Part shown: positions 19,441 to 30,768 of the stretch, piece after piece
How the letters are laid out: the number at the start of each line of letters is the position of its first letter
Numbering within the stretch: the stretch's first letter is position 1
Assembly (NCBI GenBank): GCA_963675595.2
Contig: CAXXLZ010000001.1
Location: 224,001 to 288,000, forward strand
Length of the DNA: 64,000 nucleotides
From: Thermodesulfobacteriota bacterium
GTDB lineage: Bacteria > Desulfobacterota > Desulfarculia > JACQYL01
Direction: 5' to 3'
The notes under the pieces: model-generated
What the model was told of the DNA's origin: nothing
Databases searched by the model: none
Seen by the model: only the letters and a program-made list of their open reading frames with translations
Translations under genes and position numbers: made by a program

Positions 19441-20610
19441 ATGGAGCAACGTCTTTACACCACCGGTTTCTTCGCCATGGCGGCTGCGAATTTCTTTGTG
19501 TCGGCAAGTTATGGTTCCCTTTTCGTTTTTCCTCTTTTCGTAACCGAATTGGGAGGCGTCAAATCCGATATCGGGATTCTCATGGGGTCTTTCACCCTGG
19601 CATCCGTTTTCTGCAGGCCATGGATTTCCGAGCTGGTGGATCGGTTGGGACGCAAACGGTGTTATACATTGGGAAGCCTGATCATGACCGCCGTGCCCTT
19701 GTTCTATTTGGGGCTCGACCGCGGAAATCTGGGCAGTGTCTATATACCGCTTCTTCTGGCCCGGGTCTGTCACGGGGTGGGACTGGCGTTGTGTTTCACC
19801 GCGGCATTCACCTTTATCGCGGACATCGTACCTCAGCACAGGCTCAATGAAGGGATCGGCATGTTCGGAGTTTCCGGGCTCGTAGGCCTGGCCTTGGGGC
19901 CCGTGGTCGGGGAAATCGTCGTACAGCGATCCGGTTTTGAAATGTTCTTTTTCGCCTCCTCCTGCCTGGGGCTTGCAGGTTTGCTGGGACATCTGCCCGT
20001 GCGCGACTCCTACGGGTATCGGCCGACCGTGAAGAGCGTCGGGTTTTTCTCGGTGGTTTCCCGGAAAAAAATGCACCTCATTGCCGAGATGTCCTTCTTG
20101 TTCGGTTTCGGATTGGCGGCCGCGGGAGGATTCGTGTTTCCTTTCGCCAGAGAACGCCTGCTCGACTTCGCTTCGGTCTACTACATTGCGTACTCCTCGG
20201 CGGCGATCTTGGCGCGGGTGCTCGGCGGGCGCTTTGTGGACCGGGTGGGAGAAGGCAGAGTGATCCCTTATGCTCTGGCTTCGAGCGGAGCCGGGTTTCT
20301 TTTTCTGATCCTGCTCGAAAGCACGTCCATTCTGATTGTCTCCGGGTTCCTGTCCGGATTGGGACACGGTTTCCTGTTTCCCTGTCTCAATGCCTTGGCG
20401 GTGCGCAACGAACCTGTGGAAATTCGGGGGAAGATTACGGGGATATTCACGGGAGCCATCGACGGGGGCGTCTTCGTGGGATCGATTCTTCTGGGGTATG
20501 TCGGTGAATGGACGGGATATCCCTCACTTTTTTTCGTGGCGGGGATTTCCCTCCTGTCGGGGCTCTGGGTGTTTCACATCCAAAGAAATGCCTTGGCCCG
20601 GGCGGTCTAG
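19441..20610 (+). CDS. MFS transporter
   Basis: About 12 TM segments, motif A in both halves (VDRLGRK, VDRVGEG). Confidence 0.92.
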   Translation: MEQRLYTTGFFAMAAANFFVSASYGSLFVFPLFVTELGGVKSDIGILMGSFTLASVFCRPWISELVDRLGRKRCYTLGSLIMTAVPLFYLGLDRGNLGSVYIPLLLARVCHGVGLALCFTAAFTFIADIVPQHRLNEGIGMFGVSGLVGLALGPVVGEIVVQRSGFEMFFFASSCLGLAGLLGHLPVRDSYGYRPTVKSVGFFSVVSRKKMHLIAEMSFLFGFGLAAAGGFVFPFARERLLDFASVYYIAYSSAAILARVLGGRFVDRVGEGRVIPYALASSGAGFLFLILLESTSILIVSGFLSGLGHGFLFPCLNALAVRNEPVEIRGKITGIFTGAIDGGVFVGSILLGYVGEWTGYPSLFFVAGISLLSGLWVFHIQRNALARAV

Positions 20611-20636
20611 GACGCCGGAGCCCGGGACTCTTGAGA

Positions 20637-22040
20637 TTATACTTCCTGTACGCCTTCCATACAGTACTTGGAGAATTCGCGACAAATTTCGGTGGGGTAA
20701 TTCCCGTTGAAGCAGGCCAGGCAGAACGACTCACGGTCCATGCGAGTGGCATGGAGCAACCCTTCCAGGCTCAAATAGCCCAAACTGTCCAGCCCGATGT
20801 ATCCTCGTATATCGTCCACGGTGTGGCTCGCCGCGATGAGCTCCCCTTTGCTCGAAAAATCGATTCCGTAATAACAGGGGTACTGATGGGGCGGGCAACT
20901 CACCAGCATATGGACTTCCTTGGCGCCCGCGTCGCGCAGGGTCTTGATACGGGTCTTGGTGGTCGTTCCTCGGATCACCGAATCCTCGATGACCAACACC
21001 CGCTTGTTCCGCAGGAGGGATCGCACGGGGTTTAATTTGATGCGAACGCCGAATTCCCGCATGGATTGGGACGGCTGTATAAAAGTGCGCCCCACATAGT
21101 GATTCCGGATCATTCCCATTTCAAAGGGGAGGGAGGACAGCTCCGCGTATCCCAGGGCGGCATAATTGCCGGAATCCGGAAACGGCATGATCAGGTCCGC
21201 TTCCACCGGGAATTCCCTGGAAAGCTGACGGCCTTGCCTCTTTCTAACCTGGTATACGTTCTGTCCGAAGATGTCGCTGTCCGGCCGCGCGAAGTAGATG
21301 AATTCGAAAATGCAACTGGCCGTTTTGACTTTGGGAAACGGCTTGATGGATTGGAGTCCGTTCTGATCGATAATGACGATTTCGCCGGGCTCGATGTCCC
21401 GTTCATACTTGGCTTCCACGAGATCAAGGGCGCAGGTCTCCGACGCGAGAACATAACTCCCGTTCAGTCGTCCCAGACAAAGCGGTCTGAATCCGTGGGG
21501 ATCGCGAGCCCCCACCAGGGTGTCGCGAGTCATCAGCACGATGGAGTAGGCTCCCACCACCTTGCCCAGGGAGCGGACCAGGGCTTCCTCCAGCTCGCTT
21601 CGTGTTTCAAACGGAACGATGTGGTGGAGGAACAGCTCGGTGTCCATGGTGGTCTGGAAAATATGGCCTTTGCGTTCCAGCTCGGACCGGAGTTCCGCCG
21701 CGTTCACCAGATTGCCGTTGTGGCCGATGGCGATGCTCTGCTTGCCGTGCTGAACCAGGAGAGGTTGCGCGTTCTTGAACAGCGAGGAGCCCGTGGTGGA
21801 ATATCGGACGTGACCGATGGCCATGCTGCCCGAAAGCTCGGAAAGCTTGCGATCATTGAAGACTTCAGGGACCAGGCCCATGCCCAGGTGTTGGCGAACC
21901 GTCCTACCGTCGCTCGTGACGATTCCCGCGCTTTCCTGGCCTCGGTGTTGCAACGCATACAGCCCGAAGTAGGTTAGTTTGGCCGCGTCGGTGTGGCCGT
22001 AAATCCCGAAAACTCCGCAATATTCTTTGGGTCCGTTCAT
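20637..22040 (-). CDS. purF: Amidophosphoribosyltransferase
   Basis: CGVFG, LQHRGQESAG, GHVRYST, HNGNLVN, CIFEFIYFARPDS, YVGRTFIQP, EDSVIRGTT and Fe-S Cys (CLACF). Confidence 0.97.
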   Translation of the reverse strand: MNGPKEYCGVFGIYGHTDAAKLTYFGLYALQHRGQESAGIVTSDGRTVRQHLGMGLVPEVFNDRKLSELSGSMAIGHVRYSTTGSSLFKNAQPLLVQHGKQSIAIGHNGNLVNAAELRSELERKGHIFQTTMDTELFLHHIVPFETRSELEEALVRSLGKVVGAYSIVLMTRDTLVGARDPHGFRPLCLGRLNGSYVLASETCALDLVEAKYERDIEPGEIVIIDQNGLQSIKPFPKVKTASCIFEFIYFARPDSDIFGQNVYQVRKRQGRQLSREFPVEADLIMPFPDSGNYAALGYAELSSLPFEMGMIRNHYVGRTFIQPSQSMREFGVRIKLNPVRSLLRNKRVLVIEDSVIRGTTTKTRIKTLRDAGAKEVHMLVSCPPHQYPCYYGIDFSSKGELIAASHTVDDIRGYIGLDSLGYLSLEGLLHATRMDRESFCLACFNGNYPTEICREFSKYCMEGVQEV

Positions 22041-22055
22041 AAGAGGGTCATTCCC

Positions 22056-22835
22056 CTACCAAATGTACCTGACGGGAATTCCGTGGTCCTTCAGATGATC
22101 TTTGATTCCGCGGACGGTGTAATTTCCGTAGTGAGTCATGGAAGCGATCAGGGCCGCATCCGCGCTTCCCTGTTTCAAGACGTCTTCGATGTGCTCCACC
22201 GTGCCGGCCCCGCCGGATGCGATGACGGGTATGCCCACACTGGTTGAAATCAGGTGCGTCAATTCGAGTTCGTATCCGGCTTGGGTTCCGTCGGCGTCAA
22301 TGGAATTGAGGCAAATCTCGCCGGCTCCCAGGGCCTCGCCCCTCTGCGCCCATTCCAGAGCGTCGATGCCCATGTAGGTTCTTCCCCCGTTGATCACCAT
22401 TTCATAACCGGATGGAATGGCCTCACTCTTCTCCACTTTCTTGACGTCCATACCCAGGACGATGCATTGGGAGCCGAAGGCCTCCGCGCCTTGTCCGATA
22501 ATGTCCGGATTGGTGACGGCGGCCGAGTTGACGCTGACTTTCTCGGCCCCGGCCAGGAGCACGTCTCTCATGTCCTGTACGGTGCGGATTCCTCCTCCCA
22601 CGGAAAAAGGGATGAAGACCTCTGAGGCGACACGGCTGACCACGTCCAGCATGATCCCCCGCCCCTCGGCGGAAGCGGTGATGTCGTAGAATACGATTTC
22701 ATCGGCTCCCTCTTCATAATAGAAGCGTGCCATGGCAACCGGATCCCCGATATCCACATTGTCCATGAATTTGATGCCTTTGGTGGTTCTTCCGTCTCGG
22801 ACGTCAAGGCATGGAATGATTCTTCTGGTGAGCAT
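22056..22835 (-). CDS. hisF: Imidazole glycerol phosphate synthase cyclase subunit
   Basis: [39 protein letters not shown] and VIASGGAG. Confidence 0.96.
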   Translation of the reverse strand: MLTRRIIPCLDVRDGRTTKGIKFMDNVDIGDPVAMARFYYEEGADEIVFYDITASAEGRGIMLDVVSRVASEVFIPFSVGGGIRTVQDMRDVLLAGAEKVSVNSAAVTNPDIIGQGAEAFGSQCIVLGMDVKKVEKSEAIPSGYEMVINGGRTYMGIDALEWAQRGEALGAGEICLNSIDADGTQAGYELELTHLISTSVGIPVIASGGAGTVEHIEDVLKQGSADAALIASMTHYGNYTVRGIKDHLKDHGIPVRYIW

Positions 22836-23098
22836 GGGCGGTTTCGTACCTCTCAGCCAGGGATTTTGTCTCAAATATAAGTCGGGCGGGTGCAAGAGTC
22901 CCGGCCGAAGGAAAAAAATATCAGTATCACCTTGACCCGACGCTTGGCAAATTTTTCCTTCTCGGAAAAGTGGAAATATCCGACTTCGACGGTTGCGAAC
23001 CGCCGCCCCGTTCCGGCCGTCCGAGGTGATCTTCTTCACCCCGGGACATTCCCGAATGATTTCGTCCCTCTGCCTATCTTATCTCTTATCTTGTAGGC

Positions 23099-23485
23099 TC
23101 AGTTGTCCGTTTCTTTGCCTATCAGCTGATTGACGAATAATGCCGTTACTCCGATTTCGTCCTTATTGGGGATTCGTACCTGTACCGGTTTGCCGTCGAC
23201 AAGGTAGCTTTTGAGCGCGATGTTGATGGCGGAAATGGGGGTGATCACCTGCTTGATCAGGAAGAAACATACAATGAATCCCAGGACCGCCCCCAGCACG
23301 CCCACCGTCACTGCGGTTTTCTGCAGCTGGTCGAGCAAAACGAGCACCTGAGGGTCCGCGTGGGGAATGGCGTCCTTGATTTTCTGAAGTCCCTGATAAA
23401 ATACCATGGGGCCGTAGCCCGAACAGAGGCCGATGACCACCAGGAAGGCGACGATGAATTTGTTGATCAGTTTAACGTTGTTCAT
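23099..23485 (-). CDS. Small two-TM membrane protein with HAMP-like C-terminus
   Basis: Two hydrophobic helices followed by ITPI...KDEIGVTALFVNQLI; GGAGA RBS. Confidence 0.7.
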   Translation of the reverse strand: MNNVKLINKFIVAFLVVIGLCSGYGPMVFYQGLQKIKDAIPHADPQVLVLLDQLQKTAVTVGVLGAVLGFIVCFFLIKQVITPISAINIALKSYLVDGKPVQVRIPNKDEIGVTALFVNQLIGKETDN

Positions 23486-23526
23486 GGGGTTCTCCTTATT
23501 GATTTTCCCGTGCTGAGGGCGCTGGG

Positions 23527-24576
23527 TCATGAAGTCGGCTTCGAGCGTTTCTTGAAAACGAACTTGGAGAGTTTTCGCGCCTGTTCCTGAAGGTTTTCCA
23601 CTCGGTCCGTTTCATCCACGATTTCCTCTCCGATGATCTCCTCCACTATGTCCTCCAGGGTAACGAGCCCTTCGATGCCTCCGTACTCGTCCACGACAAT
23701 GCATATCTGCTCTCTGCGCTTCAAAAGATGGCGCAGGAGGGTCAGACAATTCATGTTTTCCGGCACAAAGGAAACGGTCTTCACCAGGGACCGGATGGGG
23801 TCTTCAGGCTGATGCCTCGCCATTCTCGCAAGGTCCTTCAGAAGGACGTAACCCCGGATGTCCTCGAAGGAGTTTTCGTACACCGGGATTCTGTTAAACC
23901 CTTTGGCATAGGCGGGTTCATAAACTTGGTCGGCGGGGCACTCCCCGCTCAGTGCATAGATTACCGTCCTGGGAGTCATGACGTCTCGGGCGATTCTTTC
24001 CTCGAGTCCGATGATGTTCACCACCATCCGGCTTTCCATGTCGGTGATTTCTCCTTCGCGGGCTCCCAGACGAACCATGGCCAGAATTTCGTCTTCGGTG
24101 ACGCTTACGCTGCTCTGCTTGTTGGTGATGACCCGGGTCAGGGCCAAACTCATGCGTACAAAAGGAAACAGGATCCAGTTGAGCAGCTTCAGGGGAGTAA
24201 CGATAAAAGGCCAGAAGAATCGCCAGTAAACGGCTCCCACGGTCTTGGGCAGAATTTCCGAAAACACCAGAATGCACATCGTAAGTCCGATGGAAAGCCA
24301 CACCACCCATTGAGAACCGAGCACGGAATTGGCCAGGGATCCGGCCAGGGTGGCGCCGGCGGTGTTGGCTACGGTGTTGAGGATCAGGATCGAAGCCAAG
24401 GGACCGGCGATGGTCTTTTTCATCTTTATGAGGTCTCGCGCCTGACGGACGTGGTTGTGGGTCCGCAAGGCCGCCTCCAGTTCGGCGCGCCGGGTGGAAT
24501 AGAGCACCGCCTCGAATAGTGAACAATGCATGGAAATGGTCAAAGTCGCCGCAATGACGATGATGAGAGTGATCAT
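23527..24576 (-). CDS. CNNM/DUF21-CBS domain protein (HlyC/CorC family)
   Basis: CSLFEA, ILILNTVANT, SEILPKT, DVMTPRT, RIPVY and VVDEYGGIEGLVTLEDIVEEIIG. Confidence 0.93.
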   Translation of the reverse strand: MITLIIVIAATLTISMHCSLFEAVLYSTRRAELEAALRTHNHVRQARDLIKMKKTIAGPLASILILNTVANTAGATLAGSLANSVLGSQWVVWLSIGLTMCILVFSEILPKTVGAVYWRFFWPFIVTPLKLLNWILFPFVRMSLALTRVITNKQSSVSVTEDEILAMVRLGAREGEITDMESRMVVNIIGLEERIARDVMTPRTVIYALSGECPADQVYEPAYAKGFNRIPVYENSFEDIRGYVLLKDLARMARHQPEDPIRSLVKTVSFVPENMNCLTLLRHLLKRREQICIVVDEYGGIEGLVTLEDIVEEIIGEEIVDETDRVENLQEQARKLSKFVFKKRSKPTS

Positions 24577-24885
24577 TGCCGTCTCCGGAGTTCAAAGCCC
24601 ATGCCGCTCGATGCGAGTTCCGCCTCGATCTTTCGCGATGTACGGAAACGTTCGAAGCGCCTCAGCATGATTCGTGCGGCGCTTCGAAGGACAGGGCACG
24701 GCCCTTTGAATCTCGTTTGGGGATTGGTCCAGCCACCGTTTGCGAGGAAAAAAGATGTCGGATAAGCTGAATAACGCTCCGTTCTCGTAACTTATACCAG
24801 GAAGAAGGCCGCCCTTGAAAGCCAAAAGACGCACCGCCGGCAACCCTGTCACAACGGTGGAGAAGCGTTTGCCGGATGTGCTCGT

Positions 24886-26715
24886 ATGATATCCTTCACT
24901 CGAAAAGCATGTCGCCTCGCCGCCGTGGTTTTACTGTTGCAGTTGCTCCCGGCGGCCCCGGGCGGCTCGACGGAACCTCCGTCATGGCCCGTCGCCGATA
25001 TCGATATTTCGGGACTCGTGGTGCTTCCCAAGTCCGAGGTGCGAAATCTGCTTTCCATTGAGACGATACCGTGGAAACCGTGGGCCAAGCGCCATGAGTA
25101 TACACGACGGGATGTGGAAGAAAACGCGGAACGAATCCGCCGTTTTCTGCAAAGAGAAGGATTCTACCATGGTTCCGTGGACTTCGTCATTGAGCAACCG
25201 GAAGAGAAGGGCGCGGTCCGAGTGCTCTTCCGTATTGTGGAAGGACCGCCCACCTTGGTGGAAGAGATTCGGATCGAAGGGCTGTTGGAGGCGGCCGAAG
25301 AGCTCCGCGATCAACTGAAGGCCCCGCCGGCCCTGAAACTCGGCGACCGGTTCCGTCTTGAACTTTTCGAACAAAGCAAAAAGAACATGACGGACCTGCT
25401 TCGAAACCAAGGGTATCCATGGGCGGAGGTCCGAGGCAAAGTGAAAATCTTGCGTGGAGAGCGGAGCGCGGAGATTGACTTCATCATCGATCCCGGCAAG
25501 AGAGTCGTCTTCGGGAAAATCGGCATTCGCGGTGTGGACGCTCGTGATGAGGCCGTGGTGAGAGCCAAACTTCGTTACAAAGAAGGCGATCTTTACAGTC
25601 GAAGCAAGCTTCAGGAAAGCCAGCGGGCCGTGTTCAACCTGGGACCGTTCGCATCGGTTGTCATGGAGCCCGGCGTGGACCGGGAGTCCGCGGAGGATCG
25701 TCTCCCCATCGAGGTTGACACAACGTATCGTAAACTCAGATCGGTCAAAGTCGGTGTGGGATGCGGGAGCGAGGATAAGTTCAGGATTCAGGCCGCATGG
25801 TTGCACAGGAATTTCTTTGGAGAGGCTCGACGGTTGGAGTTCTCCGGCAAGTTTTCTTTTCTGGTGAACAGCCTCGAAGGGCGGCTTTTTCAACCCGTTT
25901 TTCTTTCTCCGGAGCAATCCGCCGAGGAGGTTCTCGGTCTGCGTCGGGACGTGCAGCCGAGTTACACGAATCGAAAGATCTTCAACCGCATTTCCGTTTC
26001 AAGGAATATCGGCCCGTTGTACCAGGTGTCGCCCGCCCATCAGCTTGAGGTGAATTTTCCGGAAACGGTGGACCTGACCGATCCCAAGGAGCTTTCCGCC
26101 GAAGGCGAGAGGTTCATCATTTCGACGCTCGAGCTCGGTGTGCAAAGGGATTCTCGGGACGATTTATTAAATCCCACCCGAGGCAGTCTTGTTCACGGGT
26201 CTCTGGGCTATGCTTCTCAGGCGTTTGGTTCCGAGGTTGATTTCTTGGTTATGACGGCGGGAGTGCGGACCTATATGCCGCTCATCGAGGACGTGGTGAT
26301 TGCCGCTCGGCTGCTCGCCGGGACCATGACCCCCACGGAGAATACGGACGATATTCCCGTATTCAAACGCTTTTTCTCGGGAGGCGCCGACAGTGTCCGC
26401 GGATATCCTTATCAAGACTTGGGACCCAAGGACTCGAACGACAACCCACTGGGAGGAAGAAGCCTGATTGAAGGTTCCCTTGAGGTTCGGTTCCCCATCT
26501 GGAAGGAACTGGGGGGCGTGGCATTCTTGGACTTCGGCAACGTGTATGCCTCGTCCTTCTCCTGGAGCCCCGGGAAACTCCGCTACAGCAGCGGGGCGGG
26601 GCTTCGTTATGCCACGCCCGTCGGCCCCATACGATTCGATTTCGGATATCAGTTGAATCCCGAGGATGAAGGGGGACGATACCAATTTCACTTTTCCATC
26701 GGCCAGGCTTTCTGA
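24886..26715 (+). CDS. tamA: Omp85 family outer-membrane protein, TamA-like
   Basis: Three POTRA-like segments, RFFSGGADSVRGY, GLRYATPVGPIRFDFG and terminal FSIGQAF; followed by tamB. Confidence 0.9.
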   Translation: MISFTRKACRLAAVVLLLQLLPAAPGGSTEPPSWPVADIDISGLVVLPKSEVRNLLSIETIPWKPWAKRHEYTRRDVEENAERIRRFLQREGFYHGSVDFVIEQPEEKGAVRVLFRIVEGPPTLVEEIRIEGLLEAAEELRDQLKAPPALKLGDRFRLELFEQSKKNMTDLLRNQGYPWAEVRGKVKILRGERSAEIDFIIDPGKRVVFGKIGIRGVDARDEAVVRAKLRYKEGDLYSRSKLQESQRAVFNLGPFASVVMEPGVDRESAEDRLPIEVDTTYRKLRSVKVGVGCGSEDKFRIQAAWLHRNFFGEARRLEFSGKFSFLVNSLEGRLFQPVFLSPEQSAEEVLGLRRDVQPSYTNRKIFNRISVSRNIGPLYQVSPAHQLEVNFPETVDLTDPKELSAEGERFIISTLELGVQRDSRDDLLNPTRGSLVHGSLGYASQAFGSEVDFLVMTAGVRTYMPLIEDVVIAARLLAGTMTPTENTDDIPVFKRFFSGGADSVRGYPYQDLGPKDSNDNPLGGRSLIEGSLEVRFPIWKELGGVAFLDFGNVYASSFSWSPGKLRYSSGAGLRYATPVGPIRFDFGYQLNPEDEGGRYQFHFSIGQAF

Positions 26716-26725
26716 AGTTATATCC

Positions 26726-29700
26726 ATGACAAAGAAGCTGCTTCTAATCCCCTTGATCGTGGCCGCCGCATTGGTTGTTGTGGTTGTCGTTTCCCTTCCG
26801 TATGTGATCCGGTCCTCCTTTGCCAAGAACTTGGTGCTGACAACCGTTCGTGACCGATTGGGAGAAGGGGGACCGTGCACCCTGGACTTCGAGCGCATGG
26901 GAGGGAACGGGATTTCGCAACTCGAGATCCACCGGCTGAGCCTGTCTGTATCGGAAGGGCCGCTGATTACGATTCCGAAAGTTCGTGTGACCTACGCGTT
27001 GTTTCCGTTGCTTTGGAACCGCATCGTCGTCACCGGGGTGAAGGTGGATCAGCCGGAAGTCTTTGTTGAACGCCGAGACGACGGCTCCTGGAACCTGGAT
27101 CAGTGCCTGCGTGTTTTCGAGCAGGGCGGGAACGGTGAAGACCAAGGTTCGACGTTGGACCTGGCGGTCAAGAGTGTGAAGATTCGAGGGGGGATGGGAC
27201 ACATCGACTTCGATGGGACCGGAAACTCCCGTCCCAGGGAATTGCGGTTCGAAGTTGACGGGGCCTACCGGGCGGGGCGAATCGAGTTGTCTCATTACCG
27301 GATCGATTCGGACGACGGAGAGGTGAGCGGGAGCGGCTCGGTCACAATGGAACCCGCTCTCAAGTATTGGTTCCGAGCCGACGCGGCGATATCTCGACTG
27401 GATGCTTGGTCCGACCTCATTCCGGACGCACCGGCCTTGTCCGGAATCGACGGGCGAGTTGAACTATGGGGAGGCGGTGCGTCGTGTGACTTGCGGTTCG
27501 AAGTGTCCTGCGAACCGGACCAACACTTGAACGGGAGAGCGAACGTCTCTCTGGGTGGAGAGGGTGTTGCGGTGCGGGCTTCCTGTCGCTTTCGCGGATT
27601 GGGTCCCGTCATCTTGCCGCCCGACGCCCACGGCATCTTTAATGGGAACCTGGAGATCGAAGGCTCCGGAAAATCCGAAGACACGCTGGTTCTCAACGGT
27701 GCTCTGGAATTGCAGGAATCACGGCTCATGGATCGCGCGGTTGAACACGCTCGGGTGAGTTGGCGTCTGAGAGAAGCGCGACTGGAGTGGCTCGGCGGCG
27801 AAATTACATCGGATTTCGGAGACTTGAAGGTTCGTGTAACCGGGGATGTCCGAGGGCTTCCGGATGGAAAGGGACCGGTCGAATTGCTTTATCAGGGATC
27901 GGTCTCGGACGCGGACCCTAGGGTCTGGTTTGGAGCCGATGCGCCAAAAGAACTTTTGAACTTCGAATTCGAGGGAAGGTCCGTGAAACCGGCCGGGGTC
28001 GGTTATGCGAAAGCGACTACGCGAGGACGAGTTCGGCTGCCGGCCATGCGTTTTCAGGACGTGTACCCAACCGCCGGTGAGGTGACCATTCGCGGCGGCT
28101 TGGCGGACGGATGGACCTTGGACGGTGAAATGAGGTTCGACAAAGGGCGTGCGGACGGCTTTTTCCGGATCGATTCCCAGGGTGAGTATGCTTACCGATT
28201 GAATCTGAAATTGCCCGATGTTTCGGCTGCGGCTCGGCTGTTTACGGACGATGAGTGCCGGGGAGGGCTGGAGGGAACGATCCAGGGTTCTCAAACGAAA
28301 ACCGGCCATTTCGTTTCCGCCTCCCTCACGGGCGAGAATATCGGTTTCCGAGATTTTCAGTCGTCCAAGTTGGTGCTTGATTTGGAGGGGAACCCATCGG
28401 AATCGGCGGGCCGGCTTCGCTTCGAGGTAGTGGAGGCCGAGGCCGGAGATTATCGATTGCGCGATTTGAAAGGAGATGCGCGGGGTGATGCCTCGGAACT
28501 CTCCTTAAGCCTTTCCGGTCGAACGGAGTCCGACGTTGAAGGGGATTTGAAGGGCACTCTGTTCAACTTGAGAGCATCTTCTTCCAGAGCCGTACTCGAA
28601 AAGCTGGCGCTTCACATTGAAGGACGCACCTGGACCAACAGGGAACCCGTGGAATGCGTATGGGACGACCGGGAGCTTCGCCTCGTTTCCTTGGTGATGG
28701 GGAGCGACGTCGGAAGCGGAAGGCTCTCGGGAAGATTCGGGTTTTCCGGGGATGTGGATGCGAAATATCAACTGCAACAGGTGGAGATCGGTGGGTTTCT
28801 CAAAGAGGTCGGAATGCCTGTCGCCGTATCCGGTTTTCTGACGTCGTCGGGATCGATCACCTTTTCCGAGGAAAAGCAGGCGCTGTCCGCCGAGGCCTCG
28901 GTTGAAACCTTGCGAGTGGCGGATAAGGAGCTTCCTCCGGTCAACGTCACGGTGGAGTCGGCGGAGGACAGACTTCGTTTACTGATGAATGCGGGGGGCG
29001 AGAAAACCGGTTTCCTGCGGCTCGAGGGATCTTTGCCCGTGGACGGATTATGGCCGTGGGATCCTCAGCGGATCGGCAAAGAAGGGTTGGAAGCTCGTCT
29101 TGAGGTCAAAGGTCTGGATATCTCCTTGCTTCAGGGGTTGGTTCCGACGGTTGAGGAGATCGGAGGCCGGGCCGATCTTTCGGGCGGATTTTCAGGAACG
29201 CTGCGTGAACCTAGTAGTCACGGCGTCGTCAATGTTGGAGATGGAAGGCTCCGGTTGGCGGGAATGGACAGGACGCTGACGGAAATTCTTGTAGAGGGTC
29301 GGTGGGACGACCGAGAGGTGGTCCTGACTCGAGGGGAGTTTCACACCGGCGCCCAGGGTACGGGCAAAATCTCGGGCCGGATGACCCATAAGGGATTCAG
29401 ACCGGAAAATTTCTCCGCGGAAGTGATGCTGGACGGTGTGGCCGTGGCGGCCTCCGATCAATACCGGGCTCTCGTGGACGGTGATTTGAGGCTTTCCGGT
29501 ACACCGATGCGACCCGTTCTGGAAGGGAAGGTGGAGATCGGGGAAGGCGAGCTGAATATGGATCGATTCCTCGCCGAGCGGAAAAGGGAAGTGGTCGTGC
29601 TGGAAGACGAGGAGGACAATACGGCTCGTTCGGGGTTGTTTGATCGCTGGCGGATGGATGCCGGTGTAAGGATACGCGGTCCCTTCTTTGTGAGAGGTGA

Positions 29701-30361
29701 AGATTTTCAAGTGGAACTGGGAGGCGAACTCGACCTTCACAAGAAGGCCGGAGCGGAGGACCCGGAAATTCGAGGCCGGCTCGATGTCGTTCGGGGCTAT
29801 TATGCCTTTTACGGCAAAACGTTTCTCCTCTCACGCGGTTATATGAGGTTTTTAGGAGTTTCACCTCCCGATCCGAATCTCGACGTCACCGGGACGTATC
29901 GGATTTCGGGGACGGATATCACTTTGCATCTTGGAGGAAAGGTCTCCAAAACCACACTGGATCTTTCCAGTGACCCTTCGCTGTCGAGATCCGATATCAT
30001 TTCGCTCCTGTTGTTCGGTCGCAAGGCTTCGGACCTGAACCGCTCTCAATCCGTCGAGCTGGCGAACACGGTTTACGGCTACTTGGGGGCGGAAGCGTTG
30101 AGGACGCTCAAGGAGCGGTTCGGTCGGGATATTCCGTTGGACCTGTTGACCATTGAGCAAGGCGGTGACACGAACGGGAGCGCTCTGATCCTGGGCAAGT
30201 ATCTGACTCCACGGCTGTTTGTAGTGTATCGCCGGGGATGGTCCGGCAGCGCACAGAATGAGGTTCGAATCGAATACGAATTACTTCCCGGTATATCGGT
30301 GGAAAGCGACATCAGCGAAGGTCGAACGGGGGCGGACGTTTTCTGGTCCATGGATTACTAG
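26726..30361 (+). CDS. tamB: Translocation and assembly module TamB (DUF490)
   Basis: N-terminal anchor, long beta-taco repeats and C-terminal LSSDPSLSRSDIISLLLFG...GKYLTPRLFV...DVFWSMDY. Confidence 0.9.
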   Translation: MTKKLLLIPLIVAAALVVVVVVSLPYVIRSSFAKNLVLTTVRDRLGEGGPCTLDFERMGGNGISQLEIHRLSLSVSEGPLITIPKVRVTYALFPLLWNRIVVTGVKVDQPEVFVERRDDGSWNLDQCLRVFEQGGNGEDQGSTLDLAVKSVKIRGGMGHIDFDGTGNSRPRELRFEVDGAYRAGRIELSHYRIDSDDGEVSGSGSVTMEPALKYWFRADAAISRLDAWSDLIPDAPALSGIDGRVELWGGGASCDLRFEVSCEPDQHLNGRANVSLGGEGVAVRASCRFRGLGPVILPPDAHGIFNGNLEIEGSGKSEDTLVLNGALELQESRLMDRAVEHARVSWRLREARLEWLGGEITSDFGDLKVRVTGDVRGLPDGKGPVELLYQGSVSDADPRVWFGADAPKELLNFEFEGRSVKPAGVGYAKATTRGRVRLPAMRFQDVYPTAGEVTIRGGLADGWTLDGEMRFDKGRADGFFRIDSQGEYAYRLNLKLPDVSAAARLFTDDECRGGLEGTIQGSQTKTGHFVSASLTGENIGFRDFQSSKLVLDLEGNPSESAGRLRFEVVEAEAGDYRLRDLKGDARGDASELSLSLSGRTESDVEGDLKGTLFNLRASSSRAVLEKLALHIEGRTWTNREPVECVWDDRELRLVSLVMGSDVGSGRLSGRFGFSGDVDAKYQLQQVEIGGFLKEVGMPVAVSGFLTSSGSITFSEEKQALSAEASVETLRVADKELPPVNVTVESAEDRLRLLMNAGGEKTGFLRLEGSLPVDGLWPWDPQRIGKEGLEARLEVKGLDISLLQGLVPTVEEIGGRADLSGGFSGTLREPSSHGVVNVGDGRLRLAGMDRTLTEILVEGRWDDREVVLTRGEFHTGAQGTGKISGRMTHKGFRPENFSAEVMLDGVAVAASDQYRALVDGDLRLSGTPMRPVLEGKVEIGEGELNMDRFLAERKREVVVLEDEEDNTARSGLFDRWRMDAGVRIRGPFFVRGEDFQVELGGELDLHKKAGAEDPEIRGRLDVVRGYYAFYGKTFLLSRGYMRFLGVSPPDPNLDVTGTYRISGTDITLHLGGKVSKTTLDLSSDPSLSRSDIISLLLFGRKASDLNRSQSVELANTVYGYLGAEALRTLKERFGRDIPLDLLTIEQGGDTNGSALILGKYLTPRLFVVYRRGWSGSAQNEVRIEYELLPGISVESDISEGRTGADVFWSMDY

Positions 30362-30768
30362 CAGGGTCGGGGGCATGGGTTCAAGAAACGGCCGGTCGGA
30401 TTCGACCGGTTCCGGCTCAAACAGACCGGCGCGCGCCGAAAATCGAAAGAAGGGTGGAAAGGAAACCCCGGCCTTCCGGGGCTTCGGCCGCTCACTGCTT
30501 GAGGTATGTTTTTTGCATTGCAAAGCCCCGATGATTTATCGGTGCGATCAGGCGAATTCGCCTTTGACGGAATTTATAGGGCGGCTCGTGAGAAGAGCTT
30601 GGTTTCCGGACGAGTGAGAAAGCATTTCGGCTCGATGTCTCGTACAAATCCCGAGGGACCCAATTCATAACCATACCGAAAAAGACATAACGCCGACTCC
30701 CTGCTTTAGGCGTGTGGTGTCCATTTGAGGCCCGTTGAGGTTGTGAGTACCGGGCGAGAAAGAAATCG

